The notes beneath the pieces are model-generated. The model did no database searches and was not told where the DNA came from. It saw only the letters and a list, made by a program, of their open reading frames with translations. Made by a program: the position numbers and the translations under genes. This document shows positions 1-11,000 of a DNA stretch of 40,216 bases, piece by piece. The stretch is from a virus (Duplodnaviria; Heunggongvirae; Uroviricota; Caudoviricetes). Each line of letters opens with the position of its first letter. Position 1 is the stretch's first letter. The stretch is taken from IMG/VR virus record IMGVR_UViG_2579779009_000004, one strand, 5' to 3'.

Positions 1-1284
1 TTACAGACTTCTGGAAGGTTGCACAGCTCTTACAACACGCGGTTGATCTTCCGCAGCGTCTTCCAGCGCACTTAAATCACGGTCTTTCACTTCTGGCATT
101 TTCAGCGCAGAGATTAAACCAATCACTGAATATGCCATGATCATAATGGCGATCGGATACCAGGATTCCGTCATGGTGCAGAAAATACCCGCCAGGATAG
201 GACCAAAACCGGAAGCGATAAGACCACCAATTTCTTTAGAAATGGCCATCCGGGTAAAGCGGTTTTTACAGCCGAACATTTCTGCCATGGTAATGTTTTC
301 CAGAGCAAATAATCCCAGCACCGCACAGTTATGAATCACAATCAGTGCAACCATAATGGTGCTCGGGGCATAGCTTTTATCTACAATGATAGAAAGCATT
401 GGCCATGCCAGCACAATCGCGGAGGTATTCATAATAATATACGGGATCCGGCGACCAATTTTATCGGATAACCAACCAAGGAACGGAATGGTCATAAAGC
501 CGAGAATCGAACTAATCATCAATGCATCTGTTGGAATTGCTTTGTTAAACAATAACGTCTGCACTAAATAGCCTGCAAGGAAAGTCTGAATTAACCCGGA
601 GTTACCCGCCTGACCAAAACGCAGCCCTGTTGCCAGCCAGAAGGATTTGCTCTGGAACATGCTACCAGCAGGTGCAGGTTTTGCTGTGGGTTGGTTGCTG
701 TCATTAACCTTCTCAAAGACCGGGCTTTCTTTCAGATTCATACGTAACCAGATAGCAAAGACCATCACGACAACGCTCGCCAGGAACGGTATACGCCATC
801 CCCACGCCAGCAGTTCCTCTTTACTGAGAATGAAGAACATAAAGGCCCAGATTGCCGTTGCGCTCAAGGTTCCGCAGTTAGTTCCCATAGCTACAAATGA
901 GGAGATAATTCCGCGCTTACCTTTTGGTGCATATTCCGCCAGCATCGTACCGGCACCGGAAATTTCCGCACCTGCACCCAACCCCTGAATAATACGCAGC
1001 GTCACCAGCAAGATGGGGGCAAAAACACCAATCTGTGCATAGGTCGGTAACACACCAATTAAGGTGGTACAGATCCCCATCATGGTGATGGTAATAAAGA
1101 GCACTTTTTTACGCCCTATTCTGTCGCCCATTTTGCCGAAAATAAATGCTCCGACAATACGCGCCACATAACCTGCACCGTAGGTTCCCATTGCCAAAAT
1201 TAACGCCATTGCCGTTGATGATTCAGGAAAAAATATTTCATGAAACACTAACGCTGCGCCGAGCGAATATAACTGGAAATCCAT
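1..1284 (-). CDS. ydfJ: MFS metabolite:H+ symporter-family transporter, 3' portion of ydfJ; N-terminus appears truncated by the prophage insertion
   Basis: 427-aa ORF with multi-pass membrane character and the MFS motif GKMGDRIGRKK; the ATG at 1282-1284 is preceded two codons upstream by an in-frame stop. Compared with recalled ProP/KgtP paralogues the protein begins about 35 residues into the family (at the WFDF-equivalent position). Confidence 0.8.
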   Translation of the reverse strand: MDFQLYSLGAALVFHEIFFPESSTAMALILAMGTYGAGYVARIVGAFIFGKMGDRIGRKKVLFITITMMGICTTLIGVLPTYAQIGVFAPILLVTLRIIQGLGAGAEISGAGTMLAEYAPKGKRGIISSFVAMGTNCGTLSATAIWAFMFFILSKEELLAWGWRIPFLASVVVMVFAIWLRMNLKESPVFEKVNDSNQPTAKPAPAGSMFQSKSFWLATGLRFGQAGNSGLIQTFLAGYLVQTLLFNKAIPTDALMISSILGFMTIPFLGWLSDKIGRRIPYIIMNTSAIVLAWPMLSIIVDKSYAPSTIMVALIVIHNCAVLGLFALENITMAEMFGCKNRFTRMAISKEIGGLIASGFGPILAGIFCTMTESWYPIAIMIMAYSVIGLISALKMPEVKDRDLSALEDAAEDQPRVVRAVQPSRSL

Positions 1285-1888
1285 AATTCACAGGTGTTTT
1301 TTCCCATCCTGTGGTTTCCTTGGCGTTTTCTAGGTTTTTTCAGATAGTTGCATTTTTTAAAAAGCATCCTAAGTTCGATCTCAGTGTCTATCTGGGGCCT
1401 ATTTCTGTCCCATATATGCCCCAAAAAAAACTCCCCAACAGATAAGTAGTTTTTTCATGGATTTATGCGTAAAATCAAGAACGGCTGGAAATCATTCAAT
1501 ACTCACACTATCGAAAAATTTACCAGCCAACCGCAGCACGTTCTTGCATAAGGCGTGTCTGCGGTTTTTCAACTATTCAGATACATCACTCCCATCACAT
1601 TCATTCCTCCGCATCAAAGGCATATAGGCTATATCACCTTGATATTTTTCTTTTTCAGATAAAAACTGTTATCTATGTATACTTTTAAACCCAATCCGTG
1701 TAGAGTCTCTGCATAAGATAGTTTGCAGTTGCCGCTTCAGCTTGCGCCATAAACCGCCTGATTTTTGCTGCCACCTGTTAGCATTCCTGTATACCTGAAA
1801 CGACAATGTTTATCTACGAACTTTAAGAACACCCAAGATAAAAATTGTCAACTATATCATATATAACACATTACTAATTCGAGGCTAT

Positions 1889-2002
1889 ATGAACAGCATA
1901 CTGATAATCACATCTCTCCTTATCATATTCAGCATTTTTAGTCATGCCCTAATAAAATTAGGGATTGGCATATCCAATAACCCAGACAAAACCGATGTAT
2001 AA
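1889..2002 (+). CDS. candidate small hydrophobic peptide (37 aa, [37 protein letters not shown])
   Basis: ATG at 1889 with GAGG four nt upstream, TAA at 2000-2002; single predicted transmembrane helix. Below the ORF-track size cutoff, no homology known to me. Confidence 0.25.
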
Positions 2003-2070
2003 GTCAACATATCCTGAATCAGACATACAATATCGCAATGAAAATCAATAATATTTTAAGGAATATCTTC

Positions 2071-2304
2071 ATGAAATCAAAAGACACCCTAAAGTGGTTC
2101 CCTGCGCAGCTTCCTGAAGTAAGAATTATCCTAGGGGATGCTGTAGTGGAAGTAGCAAAACAGGGAAGACCTATCAATACCAGAACATTGCTTGATTACA
2201 TTGAAGGAAACATAAAGAAAAAATCATGGCTGGATAACAAAGAATTATTACAAACAGCGATATCAGTTCTTAAAGACAACCAAAATTTAAATGGTAAAAT
2301 GTAA
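2071..2304 (+). CDS. ydfK: YdfK/YnaE-family small prophage protein (cold-shock-associated)
   Basis: ORF 2038..2304; internal start MKSKDTLKWFPAQLPEVRIILG gives 77 aa with AAGGA about 8 nt upstream; matches my recollection of K-12 YdfK and sits next to pinQ as in Qin. Confidence 0.75.
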   Translation: MKSKDTLKWFPAQLPEVRIILGDAVVEVAKQGRPINTRTLLDYIEGNIKKKSWLDNKELLQTAISVLKDNQNLNGKM

Positions 2305-2620
2305 TATAATAAACTTACTTTTTTATCATTTTTCCACTTTAACAACATTTTACTCCACTTTTCCACGACCAAACAACTTGAAATCTGGTTAAAATAACAC
2401 GCAACACTATTCTTCTTCCTTGAGTCCGCCCGGAACTCGAAAAACAAACCGAGTTAAAGCCATTTTTCACAAAATCGATTTTGGGTCTCACCAAAGTTAC
2501 GGGGTTGCATACGCATTCGTTTATTTTCGAACGTGTACATACAAATATGCACAAAAATAATCAAAATTATTTTCTGAGATGCATTATGATATGAACACCA
2601 ATTTCGTATAGAGTCTCACT

Positions 2621-3211
2621 ATGTCTCGAATTTTTGCTTACTGTCGGATATCAACGCTGGATCAGACCACCGAAAATCAACGCCGGGAAATCGAAAGTGC
2701 AGGTTTTAAAATCAAACCTCAGCAAATAATCGAAGAACACATTAGCGGCTCAGCAGCAACCAGTGAGCGTCCTGGTTTTAACCGGTTGCTTGCTCGCCTG
2801 AAATGTGGTGATCAATTGATTGTGACAAAACTGGATCGCCTTGGTTGTAATGCAATGGATATCAGGAAAACAGTGGAACAACTGACCGAAACAGGTATCA
2901 GAGTGCATTGCTTAGCATTGGGGGGCATTGACCTGACCAGTCCAACAGGAAAAATGATGATGCACGTAATTTCAGCAGTCGCTGAATTTGAACGAGACCT
3001 TTTACTTGAACGCACTCATTCCGGGATAGTAAGAGCCCGCGGCGCAGGGAAACGTTTTGGTCGACCACCTGTGTTAAATGAAGAACAGAAACAGGTGGTA
3101 TTCGAACGAATTAAGTCAGGTGTAAGTATAAGTGCCATTGCCCGGGAATTCAAAACCTCGCGGCAAACCATTTTAAGAGCCAAAGCAAAACTTCAGACAC
3201 CTGACATATAA
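2621..3211 (+). CDS. pinQ: serine site-specific DNA invertase of the Pin/Gin/Hin/Cin family
   Basis: 196 aa; N-terminal catalytic motif YCRISTLDQ, resolvase core and C-terminal HTH ([19 protein letters not shown]); adjacent to the tail-fibre genes as in Qin/Rac/e14. Confidence 0.95.
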   Translation: MSRIFAYCRISTLDQTTENQRREIESAGFKIKPQQIIEEHISGSAATSERPGFNRLLARLKCGDQLIVTKLDRLGCNAMDIRKTVEQLTETGIRVHCLALGGIDLTSPTGKMMMHVISAVAEFERDLLLERTHSGIVRARGAGKRFGRPPVLNEEQKQVVFERIKSGVSISAIAREFKTSRQTILRAKAKLQTPDI

Positions 3212-3308
3212 AAAATAATCTCGGTGTGAGATGCTTTACGTCTTCCAAGCCCCCTTCCTTGCCGTAAATGGAAAGATACATCTAATTATAGAATTTATAT
3301 GTTTTACC

Positions 3309-3884
3309 CTACGGCAGTGCTGGCCATTCAATATCCTGTGCAGTTGACGTATCAACACGGTTCAGCAACACCCGATACTTTTTCCAGGCTTCCAGCAATG
3401 AGGTTTCTTCCTCCGTTGCGATTTCCAGATCTACAGCATCCTGAAGTGGCGCAATATGCTCACTGGCTACCTGCATCAGGCTGTTTTTTGTTTCTTCCGC
3501 CTCTCGGATCCGGAACAGTTTTTCTGCTTCTGCATCTTTCACCCAGGCTGTGCCGTTCCACTTCTGAAACTCCCCTTCCGGCGATAACCAGGTAACATTT
3601 TCCGGTAACGGACCGAGTTCAGAAATAAACAACGCGTCCCCTGACGCTACGTCATAAACCGTTTTACCCCGATGGTCTTCATCGAGATGCCACGATGCCT
3701 TATCACTGTTGAAAACAGCCACAAAGCCAGCAGGAATATCTGGTGGTGCAATATCGGTACTGTTTGCTGGCAGACCTGTATGAGGCGGAATATATGCGTC
3801 ACCTTCACCAATAAATTCATTAGTTCCGGCCAGCAGATTATAAATTTTTATGGTCCGTGGTTGTTCACTCATTCTGAATGCCAT
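3309..3884 (-). CDS. tfa: tail fibre assembly protein (Tfa)
   Basis: 191-aa ORF immediately downstream of stf; the stf stop and tfa start overlap (TAATG at 3882-3886); typical Tfa size and position. Confidence 0.85.
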   Translation of the reverse strand: MAFRMSEQPRTIKIYNLLAGTNEFIGEGDAYIPPHTGLPANSTDIAPPDIPAGFVAVFNSDKASWHLDEDHRGKTVYDVASGDALFISELGPLPENVTWLSPEGEFQKWNGTAWVKDAEAEKLFRIREAEETKNSLMQVASEHIAPLQDAVDLEIATEEETSLLEAWKKYRVLLNRVDTSTAQDIEWPALP

Positions 3885-6800
3885 TATGCAAGCCTCACAA
3901 TATAGTTAAATGCGATGTTTTTGACGGTGTTTTCCGCGTTACCAGCAGCGTTAACGGTGATGGTGTGTCCATGTGAACCAATCGCAACGGAGTGCGTATG
4001 AGCACCAATACCGACAGTATGCGCGTGTGCACCTGCAGATGCTGCTGTGCCGGACAGTGAATGGCTATGATTACCATCTGTACTGGTATTCGCTAACCAC
4101 CCCGTAGACATACCTACTGAGCCTTGTACACCCCAGGTATTTTGACCTGAGCTTGTATAACCATATTGATAAGTATCTTTAAAAACACTGGGGTTAAATC
4201 GACGGCCATCTCTATGGCTGTGATTACCAGCTGCATTCGTGCTGCCACTTAAACTATGGGTATGCGCACCAGTGTTATTCGTGGATTTAGTGCCGTAATC
4301 AAACGACGATGTGGTTTTCGTCCCCAAATCCGTACTGGATGCGCTGGCGCTGTGGGTATGCGATTTAATGCCATCCTGTTCCTGAGACAATACGGCACGA
4401 CCACTGGCGGGCTTGCCCTTAATCGTCCAGCCACGCAAATCAGGGATCACGCCTGACGGATAAGCGGCAGCAAGTTTCGGGTAGGCAGATTTGTCAAAAG
4501 TCTGCCCCTGCATCAGGGCATAACCAGACGGAACGGTATCTGATGGCCACGGGATTGGTGCGCCGACTGGGTAGCTTTCTGGTGGAAGATTTTTCGAGGT
4601 ATAAACTTCTGCCCAGTCTTCCTCAAAACCATAGCCATCTCTTGAAGAACGGTAGAACAGACCACCATTTCTGTAATGCGCCTTCATCTGCAGGGTCCGG
4701 CAACTTCCGACTCCGGTATAGAAGTTAACCAGAATATAGCTGTCGCCAGAGCGGGTGACATTGTAAGCGCCTGATTCGGCATTCCAGGGAACGCCACCAT
4801 CCGCATCGGCATATGTATCCGTTGCCCTTCTGGCAAAAGCAGCCACATGCGCGGCGGTTAAAGTAATATCTTTGGAACCATCAAACTCAACACCAGAAAC
4901 CCGTCTTGGCGTTTGCAGCTTTGTTGCTGTTAATGCATTACCGTTCAGACTTGCGGACAGTTTGGTTCCAATAACCAGTTCGCCGGTTGCGTTATCAATA
5001 GCAAACGGTCTTAATGTATTCCAGCCACCATAAACATCACCTTGATTGGTAAGCAGCAGGTAAGTTTTAGCGCCATCATTACGCCATAATGCCCCATACT
5101 CCCCACCTATCATTCGAATCTGATTACCACCACGCGCTACAATTTCGTCTGTGGCAAAAAGTTTTTTGCACGACAAGTTATCGTTAACGATTAACGAATG
5201 AGACTCATAAAAACCACGCCCACTCTTAAAATCAAGGATAACGTCCGCCGCGATACATTCAGTCGCCGGATTTGTTGCCCCAAACTTATAGGTCGTATCA
5301 TTAACAACGAGATCAGCACCAGGTGCGGATATTGACAGGCCATCTTCGATAAACGCAAAAACAGGGAAAGCAGCGCCATCAACATAGAACACAGAGCGCA
5401 AATCATCGCCCTTATTACTCATCATTATTGAGTGGATGGCTCGTTCATTGTTTTGATATTGCCAGAACATTCCATAAGCATAACGCCCCCTGTCAGTCCA
5501 GCCACCAGGCATAACAAATCCGTTAAACTCGCAGTTATTCATCGGATCGCCTGCGGTTCGCGTTGCCGTGGTGATAATGACCCTTGATGCCAGTTCGCTT
5601 ACTGAGCCAGCAGAACGCATAACAACAACAGGGTAATATTTTCCAGATATTGCACCTGCAGGAGCGTTAACCCGCACATAACGCATACCACGCTTATCAG
5701 CAAAGTCTGTTTTACTGACCGCGTTAATGTTGTTCAGGAAGCGTCCCTTATCGGGTATATCAGCGCCGTTCTGGTCTTTCTGCAGACGTTTCTCTGCATT
5801 GTCATAGGCTGATTTTACTGCCTTTGGCGTTGCCGCCAGCGTTTCAGACGAACTGTTGGTCGCACTGCTGAGCTGTACTATCCCCTTTTTCGTCGTACTT
5901 GCATCCTCAAGCGCCACGGCGGATGCAATATCCTCTGCCCGTTTAGCTGCTGTCTCGGCGCGCGTTGCTGCGGATTCTGCCGTATTCTTGCTCTGTGCTG
6001 CCGCCGTCGCACTGCCAGCAGCCTCTGTTGCCTTCGTGGATGCCGTCGTGGCGCTGCCTTTCGCTGCTGATGCCTGTCTGGTCGCCTCATCTTTTGAAGC
6101 AGACGCCGATGAGGCCGATGACGCCGCCGAACTGGCGGACGATGCGGCAGCCGTTTTTGAGGATTCTGCGCTGGTTTCCGACGCTTTCGCGTTCGTTTCG
6201 GATGTCTTCGCTGCGGAAGCTGACCTCGCTGCTGCGTTGGCCTGTTCAGTGGCTTCGCCAGCCTTCGTTGTGGCTGTTGAAGCAGACGATGCGGCACTTT
6301 CTGCCGATTTTCCGGCGGCGGTGGCACTGGCTGAGGCCTGCCCGGCACTTGTTGACGCGGTACTGGCAGACGACGCAGCCGCTGTTTTTGAGCCTGCCGC
6401 AGCTGAGGCGCTCTGTCCCGCTGCCGTCTCAGAAGACCTGGCGTTCGTCTCGGACGTTTTTGCCGCCTTCGCGGAATTTCCTGCCGCCGTTGCCGAGGAA
6501 GCTGCGCTACTGGCGCTCGAGGATGCGTTCGTTTCTGATGATTTCGCTGCCTCTTTTGAGGCCGCCGCATCCCGGGCTGAGGTGGCAGCTTCTGACGCTT
6601 TCGTGGTCGCGGTGGATGCAGAAGTGGCTGCTGATTGTTGTGACGCTGCGGCATTCGTTTCTGACGTTTTCGCCGCACCGGCACTGGTAGCCGCCGCGCT
6701 TTTTGAGGACTCTGCAGCGGCAGCACTTTTTGATGCTTCAGTAGCCTTTGTTGATGCCGTTCCTGCGCTGGAAGACGCTGACTGAGCCGACGTCGCGGCC

Positions 6801-7282
6801 TGCCCGGCTGATGTGCTGGCTGCACGTGCTGAGCCTGCAGCATCAGTCGCATGGGTTGCCGCCTCACGGGCTGATGTGCCGGCATCGCTGGCTGACTTCT
6901 TCGCGGCTGCCGTGTTCTGTGCCACCGCGGACGCGTTACGCGCCACCTCTTCCACCATCAGCTCAAAACGGCGCAGTGCCTCCGGACGGGCATCATCCTC
7001 CGTCATGGCACCGAGAAAATCATTCAGCGTACCGGGTCGGGAATCTTCATACACGGTGATGGTCCCGGCATGTGACGGCGGGAATCCTTCCACCAACAGA
7101 ATAACGCTGTACTGACCGTACTCAACGTCCATGCTGTAACGCCCGGCTTCATCCGGATTTTCTGAGGCCAGCGTGTTCACCACCACCGTGGTGCTGTTAC
7201 GTTTTGCTTTCAGCTGGATTGTGCAGTTCTGTACCGGTTTTCCTGTGCCGTCTTTCAGTACACCTGAAATCTTTACTGCCAT
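3884..7282 (-). CDS. stf: side tail fibre protein (Stf), long Rac-StfR-like form
   Basis: N-terminus [26 protein letters not shown] matches lambda Stf; long Ala/Ser/Thr-rich central region; C-terminal His-rich repeats ending ...[19 protein letters not shown] typical of Stf. The ORF-track start at 7288 is a GTG; the first ATG is at 7282. Confidence 0.9.
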   Translation of the reverse strand: MAVKISGVLKDGTGKPVQNCTIQLKAKRNSTTVVVNTLASENPDEAGRYSMDVEYGQYSVILLVEGFPPSHAGTITVYEDSRPGTLNDFLGAMTEDDARPEALRRFELMVEEVARNASAVAQNTAAAKKSASDAGTSAREAATHATDAAGSARAASTSAGQAATSAQSASSSAGTASTKATEASKSAAAAESSKSAAATSAGAAKTSETNAAASQQSAATSASTATTKASEAATSARDAAASKEAAKSSETNASSSASSAASSATAAGNSAKAAKTSETNARSSETAAGQSASAAAGSKTAAASSASTASTSAGQASASATAAGKSAESAASSASTATTKAGEATEQANAAARSASAAKTSETNAKASETSAESSKTAAASSASSAASSASSASASKDEATRQASAAKGSATTASTKATEAAGSATAAAQSKNTAESAATRAETAAKRAEDIASAVALEDASTTKKGIVQLSSATNSSSETLAATPKAVKSAYDNAEKRLQKDQNGADIPDKGRFLNNINAVSKTDFADKRGMRYVRVNAPAGAISGKYYPVVVMRSAGSVSELASRVIITTATRTAGDPMNNCEFNGFVMPGGWTDRGRYAYGMFWQYQNNERAIHSIMMSNKGDDLRSVFYVDGAAFPVFAFIEDGLSISAPGADLVVNDTTYKFGATNPATECIAADVILDFKSGRGFYESHSLIVNDNLSCKKLFATDEIVARGGNQIRMIGGEYGALWRNDGAKTYLLLTNQGDVYGGWNTLRPFAIDNATGELVIGTKLSASLNGNALTATKLQTPRRVSGVEFDGSKDITLTAAHVAAFARRATDTYADADGGVPWNAESGAYNVTRSGDSYILVNFYTGVGSCRTLQMKAHYRNGGLFYRSSRDGYGFEEDWAEVYTSKNLPPESYPVGAPIPWPSDTVPSGYALMQGQTFDKSAYPKLAAAYPSGVIPDLRGWTIKGKPASGRAVLSQEQDGIKSHTHSASASSTDLGTKTTSSFDYGTKSTNNTGAHTHSLSGSTNAAGNHSHRDGRRFNPSVFKDTYQYGYTSSGQNTWGVQGSVGMSTGWLANTSTDGNHSHSLSGTAASAGAHAHTVGIGAHTHSVAIGSHGHTITVNAAGNAENTVKNIAFNYIVRLA
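5860..6890 (-). repeat. low-complexity repetitive coding region (Ala/Ser/Thr-rich segment of Stf)
   Basis: About 1 kb with all six reading frames nearly stop-free (three long overlapping ORFs on both strands in the ORF track); reiterated GCN/TCN/ACN codons. Confidence 0.8.
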
Positions 7283-7293
7283 ATTCACCCCAC

Positions 7294-7319
7294 AAAAAAG
7301 CCCGCCTGAACCGGCGGGC
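7294..7319 (-). terminator. rho-independent terminator downstream of lom
   Basis: Perfect 7-bp stem gcccgcc/ggcgggc (7300-7306 and 7313-7319) with 6-nt loop, followed on the minus strand by a U-run (plus-strand A-run 7294-7299). Confidence 0.6.
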
Positions 7320-7346
7320 TGTCATAACACTGTGTTACCTGGCTAA

Positions 7347-7946
7347 TCAGAACTTATAACCGACACCCACGATGAAACCGTCAGTGCGCCAGTCGCCACT
7401 GCCGGAGCCTTCATAAGCAATATCAATGGCCACGGATTCGGTCGGGTTAAACTGCACGCCAGCTCCCCACGCCAGAGACGTGTTGCTGTGGCGACCGTCA
7501 TCACTTCCGGTCAGCACGTCGTGCGTTTTCCCCTTGTTGTCAGTTACGCGGAGATAATCCCCGGAGAAAGTCGACACACGGCTGTAAGCCATACCCGCCA
7601 TCGCATACGCGCTGAACCATTCATTCACGCGCACAGACGGCCCCGCCATCACGCTGAACCAGCGGTTACGCACGGAATCTTCATGCCAGCGGGTATCGCT
7701 GTAACGGGTAAGCTGGCGATTCTTGTCTCCTGCATAGCTGAATGACGTCACCAGCCCCAGTGTGTCCGTAAACTCATAACGGTATTTCACGTTAATCCCG
7801 TTAAGATCATCGCTGCCGGGAACGTTCGTCGAGGCATGAAGATAGCCCGCGCTCAGCGTGGACTGATGTTCAGATGCCCATGCAGGCGCACCGGATACGG
7901 ACAGACAGATGGCTGCGGACAAAATGGCTGCACAAACTTTACGCAT
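7347..7946 (-). CDS. lom: Lom-like outer membrane protein (Ail/PagC/OmpX family)
   Basis: 199 aa; signal peptide [24 protein letters not shown]; C-terminus ...[26 protein letters not shown] as I recall for lambda Lom; located between J and stf as in lambda. Confidence 0.9.
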
Positions 7947-7969
7947 AATTACCTCTCGCTTTTCTGCAA

Positions 7970-7994
7970 TAAAAAAGGCGCCATTTCTGGCGCC
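7970..7994 (-). terminator. rho-independent terminator between J and lom
   Basis: Hairpin ggcgcc-atttct-ggcgcc (7977-7994) followed on the minus strand by a U-run (plus A-run 7970-7976); GAGAGG Shine-Dalgarno for lom follows. Confidence 0.5.
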
Positions 7995-8013
7995 CGTATA
8001 TGGGTTATAAAAT

Positions 8014-11000
8014 TCAGCTGATACTGATGCCTGCGGTGGCTTTCTTCATCACCACAACCAGCAAATCGCTGATACTTGCTGTGGGATACCAGTCATTTAC
8101 CAGCCATGCTGACACCGAAAACTCCAGCGTCATGTGACCGTGACCGGCAGGCATATCAATAACGCCACTGTAAATCAGCGTATTATCCAGCGCGGTACGG
8201 TTATAAATTTCAGCACCGTTTTTCCGCACTATCAGACGGCATGAGGAGTAAATATCAGTATGCTCTCTCTCATGTTTAGCGCCGCTGAATGCCACCGCAG
8301 GAATAACAATCTGCCGGTCAAACGGCTGATCGTCATAAACCCTGACGGTAATGGTCCCTGATGGCCACCGTTCCGGTGCACGGGAGTCCCGGGGGAAAGC
8401 TTTGCCCACTGTTTTAACGAGATCGCCTTCAATCTGGTTCGCGGACAGTTTTCCCAGAACCCGACAGTTCTCGTTAATCGTGACGTTGTTGAGCGTCCCG
8501 GAGTTCGCATTCACGTTACCGCTGATATCGGCATTTTTCGCCGTCAGCCGCCCGTCCGGTGTCAGGGAAAATGCCGGAGGATTACCGCCGCTGGTAATGG
8601 TCGGAGCCGTCAGGCGTTTCAGGAACACGTCGTTCATGAATATCTGATCGCCCTGACCAACAAACATTGGTCTTGTGTTGCCATTAGACGGATCAATAAA
8701 CGCGATACGGTTAGCGGCAACCAGGAACTGGCTCAGTTTGCCTTCCTCCGTGTCCTCCATGCTGAGGCCAATACCCGCGACATAATGTTTGCCGTCTTTG
8801 GTCTGCTCAATTTTGACGCCCCACATGGCATTCCACTTATCACTGGCGTCCTTCCACTCTTTCGAAAACTCCTCCAGTTTGCTGGCGTTATCCTCCGTCA
8901 GCTCGACTTTTTCCAGCAGCTCCTTGCCAAGATGGGATTCGGTTATCTGGCCTTTGAAAAAATCCAGGTAACCTTCCGCATCATCGCTCGCCCGACCAAC
9001 AGCCTCCACGAATGCCGATTTGCCAACGGTGTTCACACTGCGAACGTAAAAATAATAATCATGGCCCGGCCTGATATTGATACTGGCAGCTATCCAGTAC
9101 AGCGCCGTGCCAAGATAGCGGGCTGTGGTTTCAACCTGCCTGATATCCGCAATCCGTTTTTCCGAGAACCAGAACTCAAACTGTACCGTCGGGTCATAAA
9201 CCGCAAGATGTGGCGTGGCGGTTATCTGAAAATAGCCCGGTGTCAGCTCAATCCGAGACGGCGCTGCCGGTGCGGCAATCCGGAACGATACCGATGCCGG
9301 ATCGCCCTGCAGCCCCCACGCATTTACCGCCCGGACCGTCAGCATGTAACGCCCCAGCGCCAGTTGCGTGAAGCGGTATGTGGTTTCCGTCGTCCGGGCC
9401 GTGCTGACCAGCCGCTCACTGCCGTCATCCGCTGCCACGGTCAGGCGAAGCAGGAAGCTCACGCCCTTCACCACTTTCGGCGTGTCCCAGCGGGCCAGCA
9501 CCTGATATTCCCCGCTGTCTGCGGTGACTTCGGCAGTCAGGTGCTGCACCGCTGGCGGCGTGACACCATTCACCGTGCCGCTCTGGTCGCCGTCAAAGTG
9601 CGCCCCGTTATCCACGATGGCCTCTTTCTCCGGTACATGCTGCACGGCAGTGATGGCATACGTGCCGTCGTCGTTCTCACGGATACTCACGCAGCGGAAC
9701 AGGCGCTGGCGCAACGTCGGCAACTTCAGCCCCCACACGCTGTATTCAGCAACGCCGTCAGGAACACGGCTCACTTTCACCTTCACGCCGTCGGTGACGG
9801 ACTGGACCTCCACGCTGACCGGATTACCCTCACCGTCAACCAGGCTTATCAGCGTGGTGCCGGAGGATGGCAGCGTGATTTCACGGTCGAGCGTCAGCGT
9901 CCGGGTCTGGCTGTTCACCGCCAGCACGCGACCACCGATGCTGATACCGGCATAGTCATCATCGCAGATTTCAATAACATCGCCCGGCACATGGCGAAGC
10001 CCTTCTGCGCCCACGCTGAAATCCACGGTCTGCGTTTCCAGCAGTTCCGTTTTAATCAGCCACAGCCCGGCTCGGTGTGCCTGCCCCCGACTGGTACAAC
10101 CAAAGGCATCCATCTTCGTGACATTACGACCGTAACGGGCAATGGCCTGCGTATCTTCAACAAGCTCTGTCGCCGTCTCCCAGCCGTTGTTCGGGTCAAT
10201 CCAGTTCACCTCAACGGCATTATGGCGGTCCTTCAGGGCGCTGAAGCTGTAGCGGAACGGCGCGCCATCATCCGGCATCACCACATTACTGCGGTTATAG
10301 GTCCACACCTTATCCGACTGTCGGTCCTGCACGAACGTCAGCGTCTGCCCGTTCCATACCGGCATACAGCGCATCGCCGAGCAGAAATCACTGAGCACAT
10401 CCCACGCCTTGCGCTGTGTGGTCAGGTAAGCGTTACAGGTGATGCGCGGCTCCGTGCCGCCAAAGCCGTCCGGCACCGACTGGTCGCAATTCTGGCCGAT
10501 GACATACAGCGCCCATTTATCCACATCCGCCGCACCAAGACGTTTCCCCATGCCGTAGCGCGGATGGGTCAGCATATCCCACAGACACCAGGCCATGTTG
10601 TTGCTGTATGCCGGTTTTAACGTTCCGTCCCAGATACCGCTGTATTGCCGCGTCTGCGGGTTATAGTTCGACGGCACCTGCAGAATGCGCCCGCGAAGAT
10701 GATAATTACGGCTCACCTGCTGGCTGCCGAACTGCTCCGAGTCCACCTGCACGCCAACCAGTGCCGTGTTCGGGTAGCACTGTTTCACATCGATGATTTC
10801 GGTGTATGACGACCAGAGCGTTTTGTTCTGCAGCTGGTCTGTGGTGCTGTCCGGCGTCATCCTGCGCATCCGGATATTAAACGGGCGCGGCGGCAGGTTA
10901 CCCACCACCACCGAGGCCAGATACTGCGAGGTGGTTTTGCCCTTAATGGTGATGTCTTTTTCCGTCACCCAGCCACCGTTACGCTGTATCTGAACCAGCA

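Noticed and set aside
3212-3308. Pin crossover (gix/hix-like) site expected between pinQ and tfa
   Set aside because: No AAACC...GGTTT-type dyad was recognisable by eye; not annotated, and left as an open question in the findings.
3299-3595. 98-aa plus-strand ORF next to pinQ, considered as a possible inverted alternative tfa' gene
   Set aside because: It lies entirely antisense within tfa and has no Tfa-like sequence; there is no room for a second cassette between tfa and pinQ.
5856-6885. Long ORFs 5856..6785 (+), 5965..6690 (+) and 5878..6885 (-) overlapping the stf repeat region
   Set aside because: They are artefacts of a stop-free low-complexity region; the products are nonsensical Ala- or Arg/Pro/Gln-rich strings, and the stf frame has clear N- and C-terminal homology.
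8785-10620. 611-aa plus-strand ORF antisense to J
   Set aside because: It is antisense to a gene with near-identity to lambda J, has an Arg-rich composition typical of GC-rich antisense frames, and has no start context.
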